In this document: piece after piece, positions 1 to 8,235 of the stretch | Layout: every line of letters starts with the position of its first letter | Position numbering within the stretch: position 1 is the first letter of the stretch | NCBI GenBank assembly: GCA_044356455.1 | Contig: JBIKWF010000133.1 | Coordinates: 1 to 10,685, forward strand | Length of the DNA stretch: 10,685 nucleotides | Reading direction: 5' to 3' | Source of the DNA: Bdellovibrionota bacterium | GTDB lineage: Bacteria; Bdellovibrionota_C; UBA2361; JBGSMV01 | Position numbers and translations under genes: made by a program | Notes under the pieces: model-generated | The model's database searches: none | What the model saw: the letters and a program-made list of their open reading frames with translations, nothing else | What the model was told of the DNA's origin: nothing

Positions 1-74
1 GTGTTAGCGAGGGGGGCTGCGTTGTCGGAGGGTAAAAGTCTTTATTGTAGGCAATTCGCAGCCTAGGATAATTC

Positions 75-111
75 TTAACCGCACTCGGGAAAATGCTGTA
101 AATTTCCGAGT
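75..111 (+). promoter_or_regulatory. Putative sigma70-type promoter, possibly leaderless, overlapped by an inverted repeat
   Basis: TTAACC (75-80), an 18-nt spacer, then TAAATT (99-104), ending 7 nt before the ATG at 112. There is no Shine-Dalgarno sequence. The imperfect inverted repeat ACTCGGGAA (83-91) / TTTCCGAGT (103-111) matches at 8/9 positions. Confidence 0.35.
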
Positions 112-534
112 ATGTACGGCAGGATCGTTAACCTATCAAAAACACACCGTTTCTTTCTCTTCGGTGCAAGAGGTACGGGGAAAACGTCACTGCTTCAGGA
201 GCTCGTTATCGTTGAGATAATGCGGCGCTTCGCTTACCGGGAAATTGACTTTGACTACTCCTACCTCGCAACCAGAGGCGGAGCTGAAGTGGATTTGGTA
301 ATCTCTCGAGGGAAAAAAGTTATCGCGCTTGTTGAGATCAAATCGGGGAAGGAGATCTCAGAGCGGCATCTCAAACATCTGCGCCTCTTAGCAGCGGAAT
401 TCCCAGGGGCGGCATTGCTCTGCTTGTATGGCGGTACCGTTGCTCAGACATTCAGCGCGAGTCCAGAGACAGGAAGAGAGATAAGAGCACTCCCCTGGCT
501 CGCCGGAGTGGAGGTTCTGATGAGCCTGGCTTAG
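112..534 (+). CDS. Internally truncated AAA_14 ATPase / DUF4143 family protein (possibly a pseudogene)
   Basis: The N-terminus FFLFGARGTGKTSLL (Walker A, nt 163-186) is typical of AAA_14/DUF4143 proteins. It is followed at once by a DUF4143-type tail: ELVIVEI...YLATRGGAEVDLVI...ALVEIKS...LKHL...RALPW. There is no Walker B or AAA core, and the ORF is 140 aa versus roughly 400 aa for typical members. Confidence 0.75.
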   Translation: MYGRIVNLSKTHRFFLFGARGTGKTSLLQELVIVEIMRRFAYREIDFDYSYLATRGGAEVDLVISRGKKVIALVEIKSGKEISERHLKHLRLLAAEFPGAALLCLYGGTVAQTFSASPETGREIRALPWLAGVEVLMSLA

Positions 535-555
535 TAGGTAAAGTACACCAATGCA

Positions 556-587
556 GTCTCACGGACCCGTTAGGGATCCCGTGAGAC
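556..587. terminator. Stem-loop between convergent genes (possible bidirectional terminator or REP-like palindrome)
   Basis: GTCTCACGG (556-564) pairs perfectly with CCGTGAGAC (579-587), with an inner CCC/GGG stem around a GTTA loop. It lies between the stops at 534 and 614. There is no clear U-tract on either side. Confidence 0.5.
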
Positions 588-613
588 ATGACGGTTAGTT
601 CTGGCCGATATCT

Positions 614-1918
614 TTACGCTTCTTCGACCTTCTGATGCTGCAAAAGAACCGCAAATCCCCCGCCCATTCCATGCTTGTGGGGTAGGGTAAGTATGTAGCC
701 TTCGTTAGTTGCCAGTTTCCCAAAGCCCTGTTCCTGAGCTCTGAGAACTTTAAAGTCGGGACGTTGCTTCAGAAACGCTTGAATTACCTTTTGATTCTCA
801 TCGCGGTGCAGGGTGCACGTGCTATAGGTCATTCGGCCACCAGACTTCAAAAGAGTGGCTGCGTGAAGAAGTAGTCGCAGTTGAAGTTCAGCTAATTCAG
901 GAATCTGCTCCTTCGACTTAGCCCACCTAATGTCAACTTTGCGTCCTAGAACTCCAAGTCCCGAACACGGGGCGTCGACTACTACCGCATCAACCTTAAA
1001 GGGCAGGGCAAGGGAGGCGCCATCCGCATGGGTGGTGCGAACAATTTTTACGCCAAGCTTTTTGCAGTTGTCTTTAAGTTTAAGCAGAGCTGATTCATGG
1101 ACATCAACCGCAATAATCCGGCCCTGATTGCGCATGAGTGCGGCAAGGTGCGTCGTCTTTCCGCCGGGAGCTGCGCACAGATCCACAATCGTTTCGCCTG
1201 GGCGAGGGTTAAGAAGCATTCCTACCACTGAAGCGCTCTCGTCTTGAACTTGGAACAAGCCCTTTTGAAATGATTCGAGCTCATGGAGCCGGCAATCTTT
1301 CGGCAGGCTTTCAACGATAAAGCATCCTCGCACATACTGGGAGCTTCGAATCTTGACCCGCTCTCTGCGCAAGAATTTCTCTACTTGGGAAGGGCTCGCA
1401 AGGAGCGTATTTGCGCGAATTGAGACAGGCCAGCGCACGTTATTTGCCGCGCATAGTTTTGCAGTTTCAGACTTTCCGAAAGCCTCTTCCCATTCTGCGA
1501 GAATCCAGGCCGGGTGAGAGCCCTCGGCGTCCGGGATATTCTTGCGTGTGGTTTTATCGTGGAGAAGGTTTCCGAGAATGCTCGTAATACGCCGCGCGTT
1601 GTTCTGAGAGGAGGCGAGGCCGGAGCTCTCCTTGAGCACCAGTGGAACCGGGACTTCATCGAGATACAGAAACTGGTAGGCAGCAAGTCTAAGAATATTC
1701 CAATCCTTCTTGAGGGCAGAGGCCTCCTTTTCGGGGATGATGCCGCGCAACGTCTCATCGATGCGCTCACGCCAGGAGAGCGTTCCCTTCACCAGCTTCT
1801 GCAGTAAAGGGAAAATCACCTTCTGATTATTAGAGTAGCTAGAGAGCAACTTCGAGGAGAAGGCGCTGCCTTCGTCAACTTGATTAAGTATCGCCAAGGC
1901 GGCGCGCCGGGTATGCAT
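614..1918 (-). CDS. rsmB: 16S rRNA (cytosine(967)-C5)-methyltransferase RsmB/Sun/Fmu
   Basis: The 434-aa protein has an N-terminal NusB-like region (RRAALAIL, NILRLAAYQFLYLDEVP), then SHPAW, IRAN and GLFQVQDESAS. It carries the SAM-binding motif DLCAAPGGKTTH, the catalytic Cys motifs VDAPCSGLG and YSTCT, and ENQKVI. Confidence 0.93.
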   Translation of the reverse strand: MHTRRAALAILNQVDEGSAFSSKLLSSYSNNQKVIFPLLQKLVKGTLSWRERIDETLRGIIPEKEASALKKDWNILRLAAYQFLYLDEVPVPLVLKESSGLASSQNNARRITSILGNLLHDKTTRKNIPDAEGSHPAWILAEWEEAFGKSETAKLCAANNVRWPVSIRANTLLASPSQVEKFLRRERVKIRSSQYVRGCFIVESLPKDCRLHELESFQKGLFQVQDESASVVGMLLNPRPGETIVDLCAAPGGKTTHLAALMRNQGRIIAVDVHESALLKLKDNCKKLGVKIVRTTHADGASLALPFKVDAVVVDAPCSGLGVLGRKVDIRWAKSKEQIPELAELQLRLLLHAATLLKSGGRMTYSTCTLHRDENQKVIQAFLKQRPDFKVLRAQEQGFGKLATNEGYILTLPHKHGMGGGFAVLLQHQKVEEA

Positions 1919-2177
1919 AAACTCTCTTCGCGACTCGTGAGCCCAAAATGGTGCTACGAAACATTAGCGAGGTAATCGTAGATGATTCTCGGCGCTTGGG
2001 ATAGCTCTGGGTACTGATTTAGTTGTGTTATTCCCCTGTGCGCTTCAAGGCTGGCTCAGATGTGTTTCGTATCGCCTACTGAACGATAACTGCCTGAATA
2101 TCGAGAGCAGGTAGAGATCTCCGGCACTGAGAGTGGCTTCCTCATTAGTAATTAGAAGAATCTATTTCCGGAGCCAC

Positions 2178-4385
2178 TCAGCCAGCAACGATGGGGAGCT
2201 TTGCAGCTCTAGCGAGATAATATGTTGAATCTCCTTTGGGGGTTCTGAGAAGCGCTGCCTCAAGTATAACTCGGTCGCTATTTCGAATGCCAATCTTTTC
2301 TAAGAGCTTCTCTGCATAGAAGGCATCTACGCCCCGAAGGATCATTTTAATAAGTCCATCTCTAGCGCCTGAAATAAGTTTCGGATCGGCCTGCTCCAGG
2401 GCCTGTGCAATTCTTCCTGCGGCAGACGTGGCGGAGTCCTTTAAGGCGCTCTCAGGTACTGAAGAATTAAGTTCGGTAACTAGTACACTTATCTGAGCAG
2501 GGGAGAGCTCTATAGTTTTTAGGATTTCACCTGCACTATAACCATTATCTGAGTTCGAGGAGCGCATCAGAGCGCAGGCGCTCTCGAAAAGGTCTGGTAT
2601 TTTGTTTCCATGAATTTTTACCTGCTCCACAAGATAGTAGAGGTCTGCTTTCTCGCCGCCTATTTTGCGCGCAATTTCTCTAAGCTCTCGTCCCAAGGCT
2701 TTAACTCCTATGGGGGAGAGGCCCCTTTCGGTTAGGAGCTCGTTAGGATAATACCCCGCATCTTTCACCACGAGCGCTTTTACGAGTAGGAGTTCAATGC
2801 GAGGGGGAATCGCTGGGAAAAAGCGGATTGCTTCCACTAGTCCGCTAAACCGGTCCCTTATATTGGAGGCTTCTTTAGGGTCCGGAGTCGTTCGCATTCT
2901 TCTCAGAAGGGCGGCCATTCCTTGTCGCAGCTCAAATTCATATGTTTCTAGCGCGCCACAAGCCGATAAAGATTTAGCGAAGCGGCCGGCAAACGTTCCT
3001 CCGCGAGCGATTTCACTTGTTATTGGGCCGAGTATCTGGGCTTCGGTCGTCTTTGATGCATTAGCATAGCTCTCAAGAGCTAAGAGGGCTGTAATACGGC
3101 GATGAGGCTTTGACAGGTCAGGAAGAAGGGCTTCAGCAACATCGCGGGTTAATGAGCTGCGGTCAGGCTCTATGGCGAGAAGAGCATGTGACGCTTGCTC
3201 CGCTTGGCCACCGTATTGCAGAACCTTAAGCAGCGCGCCGCGCGCCTCTCTTTTAGTTTCTTTCTTTAGTACGTGAGCGCATGCAGCTACCCCGCGCGTA
3301 AGGTTATAAAAATTCGCTTGATGTCGGTAATCAGGGTTGCCATCCGGATGCGCATGAACTTTCTCTGCCCAATCATCTATTTGGAGAGCCAAGGTTCTTA
3401 CCACGAGCCTTGCGCCACGCACGAAGGCTTTTGAAGAGGGCTTTTGCTTAGCGTCTTCGTGCCACAATTTAAATGCAGTTCTATCGCCTCGCTCGCATAG
3501 TTTACGACGATGCTCACTCCGCAAAAACTCCCTTTGCTCGGTGTATGTTGGCAGCGGGACTTTTAATTCTAGAGTTACGTAAGGGGCGTCTTTGACGGTA
3601 GTCTCATACCATCTTAAGCTCGCTGCTCTTTCGCAATTCACTCCCTTCCAGTGTAGATAAGGGAGATACTTAGTCATGAAGTTAATTCCAGCTCCGCCTC
3701 CTGTTTCAGGGTCACGCTCCTTCTTTGGAACTGAGACTTCGCCGTCTGCCGGCGTGAATACTTTCCCGGCTAGTGTCCTCGGTAAGGGTACTGCCGCGCT
3801 CCGGTTTGTAACGGAAAGAGTAAATGAACTTCCGTCAGGATTCTCTCGAAGAGCAACCTTTCCTCGCGCAATCGATCCGTCTTCCCGCCCATAGTTCGCA
3901 ACGTTGTCGAAGGCGTTTACTAGAATTTCGTAGACGGATCGAATATTAATGGGAGGAAATTTCTTGCCTAAATATTCTGCAATCATCTTCGCATCTCGAG
4001 CCGCCGGAGTGTCGACGAAGCCCCACGGTGCCCCATGATTGTAGGTGAGCTTCCAAACTTTGCTTGGAGTTACTTCGGCATCAGTCTCAGTGCGATGCTG
4101 AATCGGGCGGTTTCTATTGGGCTTAGCAGAGTGTTCCACAGGCCCTGTTATGGGCAATGCTCCTTGGTTTGTGGCGGCAGATGCGAGGCCACTAATAACC
4201 ATGCGAAAAGAAAGGGAAATGCAGAGTTCTTTTTGGTGAGATCCCCGAGTATCGTACGTTAAGGAAGGACACTCATCTTTGGCAATCTCCAGCCCTCTCC
4301 TTGCCAAATCGTGCTCCCAAAGCGCTCTCTGCACAGGTAGTGCGCGCTCAATTCTCCTTTCCTGGCTTTCAGTGAGCCCGTTCAC
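2178..4385 (-). CDS. Hypothetical protein with a degenerate GHKL/HATPase_c-like domain and a C-terminal alpha-helical (HEAT-like) region; start codon uncertain
   Basis: The 735-codon ORF has an N-box-like SVYEILVNAFDNVANYG (~3890-3940), a G1-position strand FTLSVTNRS, a G2-like GGGAGINFM (~3675-3701) and a final strand YVTLELKVP. The C-terminal ~400 aa are Ala/Leu-rich amphipathic helices (e.g. RRITALLALESY, AAGRIAQALEQ). The true start could be the later ATG (MVISGLASAA, ~4202). Confidence 0.7.
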   Translation of the reverse strand: MNGLTESQERRIERALPVQRALWEHDLARRGLEIAKDECPSLTYDTRGSHQKELCISLSFRMVISGLASAATNQGALPITGPVEHSAKPNRNRPIQHRTETDAEVTPSKVWKLTYNHGAPWGFVDTPAARDAKMIAEYLGKKFPPINIRSVYEILVNAFDNVANYGREDGSIARGKVALRENPDGSSFTLSVTNRSAAVPLPRTLAGKVFTPADGEVSVPKKERDPETGGGAGINFMTKYLPYLHWKGVNCERAASLRWYETTVKDAPYVTLELKVPLPTYTEQREFLRSEHRRKLCERGDRTAFKLWHEDAKQKPSSKAFVRGARLVVRTLALQIDDWAEKVHAHPDGNPDYRHQANFYNLTRGVAACAHVLKKETKREARGALLKVLQYGGQAEQASHALLAIEPDRSSLTRDVAEALLPDLSKPHRRITALLALESYANASKTTEAQILGPITSEIARGGTFAGRFAKSLSACGALETYEFELRQGMAALLRRMRTTPDPKEASNIRDRFSGLVEAIRFFPAIPPRIELLLVKALVVKDAGYYPNELLTERGLSPIGVKALGRELREIARKIGGEKADLYYLVEQVKIHGNKIPDLFESACALMRSSNSDNGYSAGEILKTIELSPAQISVLVTELNSSVPESALKDSATSAAGRIAQALEQADPKLISGARDGLIKMILRGVDAFYAEKLLEKIGIRNSDRVILEAALLRTPKGDSTYYLARAAKLPIVAG

Positions 4386-4472
4386 TACCTAAATGAATGC
4401 GAGGGGCAACAAGAATGCGAGAACTATCTGCCGCTGATTGCTGCTGAGAAATTGCAGTGCTGAAACATTCCG

Positions 4473-4973
4473 GTGACCTATCTTCTTGGAGGTCAAGATA
4501 ACAGGTCGCCATGCCCTGGCTACAACCACCAAAGTAGCGACATCTGTCGCCTACGCTTGGCAAATACAAGTGGGGATATTGTCGTGGTGGTGGAACGATC
4601 TTCGCCCTTGGTTGGACCGGTGGGCTTGGTGAGAGCGCGTGACGAGGAATTAAAAAATCCTCCCCTTTCGCGGGTAGCGATGCTTGTGAATGCGGCCCTT
4701 CGCACGGCCCATGACGCTCGCGAGAGAAAAGCCGAAGAAGGGAAGGTTTGCGTTCTTGAGATTGAGGAGGAGAAGCCGGGGCTTACTTGGATTGAGCAAG
4801 AGCAGGCCAAGGGACAGGTTAAGGCGCTACTTTCAGCTGAGGGTTTCCGCATCGAGGAACGCGATACGAGTTTTCATAAGAATGTGAATCAGCCTGCAGG
4901 GGCATTTATGCAGGTTGCGCTCAAGCGTGTGCGAAGAGAGGAGCTTTGGGCGTGCTGGGGAGAGAAGGTCTAG
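4473..4973 (+). CDS. Hypothetical protein; start uncertain (a GTG near 4584 or the ATG at 4680 are alternatives)
   Basis: The ORF fills the gap between the 735-aa gene and the MITE. Its C-terminal ~100 aa have a protein-like alpha/beta pattern (VCVLEIEEE, VKALLSAEGFRIEE, AFMQVALKRV). No family was recognised. Confidence 0.45.
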   Translation: MTYLLGGQDNRSPCPGYNHQSSDICRLRLANTSGDIVVVVERSSPLVGPVGLVRARDEELKNPPLSRVAMLVNAALRTAHDARERKAEEGKVCVLEIEEEKPGLTWIEQEQAKGQVKALLSAEGFRIEERDTSFHKNVNQPAGAFMQVALKRVRREELWACWGEKV

Positions 4974-5012
4974 TAAAAGTCCACTTGCCAAATTCCGAGG
5001 TCGGTTCCTTAG

Positions 5013-5140
5013 GGAACTTCTGAAAAGCTTACCTCTGTGCGCCTCTGAGTCCTGTGGTGAAATTTTCATCAAGAAATTCACCACAGAGGACGCGGAGGTA
5101 CACAGAGGTGTATTAAGAATGGAGGTTTTTCAAAGGTTCC
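5013..5140. mobile_element. MITE-like non-autonomous element (IS5-like ends) with an internal long hairpin
   Basis: The 128-bp element is bounded by imperfect terminal inverted repeats GGAACTTCTGAAAAGCT / GGTTTTTCAAAGGTTCC and flanked by TTAG on both sides (5009-5012 and 5141-5144). An internal inverted repeat spans 5031-5109 (ACCTCTGTG...TGTGGTGAA / TTCACCACAGAGG...CACAGAGGT). A related copy starts at 10515. Confidence 0.7.
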
Positions 5141-6007
5141 TTAGCTTGCAATACAACGCACATTCCACTTCACGCTTGTGGTTGCGGGGCCCGCTGTTGG
5201 CACAAATTGAAGCGCTAAGCTTTGACCTGAGGCAATGCTAACCGCCGCGGTTCCGGAACAGGAAGTATCGATCGACTCGATTCTGCAAAGAGTAACAGTA
5301 TCGGTAGTGGAGTATCCATCCGCGATAATCAAGGAGATGTCCCATGTTGGTCCATCCCCAGGCGCATTCAATAATTGAAAGACGTATCGCACGGAGCTGC
5401 AAGTGGAGGTCACAGGAACCGCGCGATCCGCGATCGTGAAGATAGATGTTCCAATTGGGCCGCCCACTCCTACGATTGGGAGAAAGTTGAAGACGCTGCT
5501 ATTAAGAGTCGTTTCGCTTGTTGCGCCAGAGAGATCAAACAAAGCTGAGCCACTGGCTCCCGTCGGCCCGGTTGCGCCTGTAGGCCCAGTTGCCCCTGTT
5601 AGTCCAGTTGGTCCCGTAGGTCCGATTGAGCCCCCTGGTCCTGTGGGGCCAGTTGATCCGGTCGCACCAGAGGGTCCTGTTGCTCCCGCTGCACCACCAG
5701 GGCCTGTTGGCCCCGTAGCTCCACTTGACCCGGTCGCACCCGAAGGTCCCGTTGCTCCCGTCGGCCCTGCTGCGCCCGCAGGTCCTGCTGGCCCCGTCGC
5801 TCCTCGACGGAGGAGAGAGTTGGGCACCAAGGAAAATGCGGGGGGACACGAGCTCCCGTTAAAAAGCTGAACAACATTTTTGTTCCCAAACCCGCCAGAG
5901 GCTGTGCGGTAACAAAGCACCTGTGCGAGCGCATGACTACTGTCGAAGAGAAAAAAAGTGAGGACGAAGCAAAGGAGACGAAGGTGGGGGATCGAGAGTT
6001 GAGTCAT
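5141..6007 (-). CDS. Secreted collagen-like protein (short paralog, ~288 aa)
   Basis: The likely start is the ATG at 6007, which gives a Sec signal peptide ([30 protein letters not shown]); the ORF track extends to 6085. A small 2-Cys N-domain is followed by 29 Gly-X-Y triplets and a beta-rich C-domain with 4 Cys ending in WNVRCIAS. Confidence 0.88.
   Translation of the reverse strand: MTQLSIPHLRLLCFVLTFFLFDSSHALAQVLCYRTASGGFGNKNVVQLFNGSSCPPAFSLVPNSLLRRGATGPAGPAGAAGPTGATGPSGATGSSGATGPTGPGGAAGATGPSGATGSTGPTGPGGSIGPTGPTGLTGATGPTGATGPTGASGSALFDLSGATSETTLNSSVFNFLPIVGVGGPIGTSIFTIADRAVPVTSTCSSVRYVFQLLNAPGDGPTWDISLIIADGYSTTDTVTLCRIESIDTSCSGTAAVSIASGQSLALQFVPTAGPATTSVKWNVRCIAS
5543..5803 (-). repeat. 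Collagen Gly-X-Y repeat, 29 uninterrupted triplets
   Basis: The run GATGPAGPA...GPTGASGSA has 9-nt periodicity and is dominated by GPT and GAT triplets. Confidence 0.95.
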
Positions 6008-6302
6008 ATTTTTGGAGTATACGAAGGGATTATTCGACTGGCCAAGATATGAACATTTAAGGGCAAAAGGGGGCCAGGGCATCATTGGGAAAGTATTCTC
6101 AACCCTCTGGTTTATGATGGATTAATGACACAGCTTTGCATGCGTCGCGCGTAGTAGGATTGTAGGGCGACGCCCGTTTGGTTCTCTATTGTGCCCGAGA
6201 GAGAGCCTCTGATAGCAGACAAGCAACTACGATCTATCGGTTCTCCCTCATTTTAGATATTTCTAGAGTCTCGTCGATGCGGATCGGTAGCCTTAGTAGT
6301 CA

Positions 6303-8085
<1,783 letters not shown>

Positions 8086-8121
8086 AAGTGTGTCCCGTAG
8101 AAACATAAGTCCTCATTTTGG

Positions 8122-8170
8122 ACACAATCCGTAGGGGGGGCTGTCCCGTTGCCACCACAACATGTAGTGG
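8122..8170. promoter_or_regulatory. Tandem NrdR-box-like operators
   Basis: CCACAACATGTAGTGG (8155-8170) matches every conserved position of the NrdR-box consensus acaCwAtATaTwGtgt. A weaker box, ACACAATCCGTAGGGG (8122-8137), starts 33 bp upstream. Confidence 0.55.
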
Positions 8171-8176
8171 TAGAAT
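8149..8176 (+). promoter_or_regulatory. Sigma70-type promoter for the DUF2298 gene
   Basis: TTGCCA (8149-8154), a 16-nt spacer, then TAGAAT (8171-8176), with an extended -10 TG at 8168-8169. A GGAGG RBS lies downstream at 8226-8230. Confidence 0.65.
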
Positions 8177-8235
8177 TTTTCTACCGGACAGACTCCTAGG
8201 TACTCTCTCGCATCAGTGCTCGGTTGGAGGGTTTG

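Noticed and set aside
4833..5241. ORFs 4915-5241 (+) and 4833-5084 (-)
   Set aside because: They read through the palindromic MITE and overlap better-supported genes. Peptides such as FTTEDAEVHRG are translations of the repeat.
5403..5934. ORFs 5403-5870 (+), 5535-5849 (-) and 5599-5934 (-)
   Set aside because: These are shadow or alternative frames of the short collagen repeat.
6142..6173. 7-bp inverted repeat GCGTCGC/GCGACGC in the divergent intergenic region
   Set aside because: It is short with an 18-nt spacer and could arise by chance. No convincing promoter could be tied to it.
8090..8125. GTGTCC/GGACAC inverted repeat after the long collagen gene as a terminator
   Set aside because: It has only a 6-bp stem with a 24-nt loop and no following U-tract, so read-through into the DUF2298 gene cannot be excluded.
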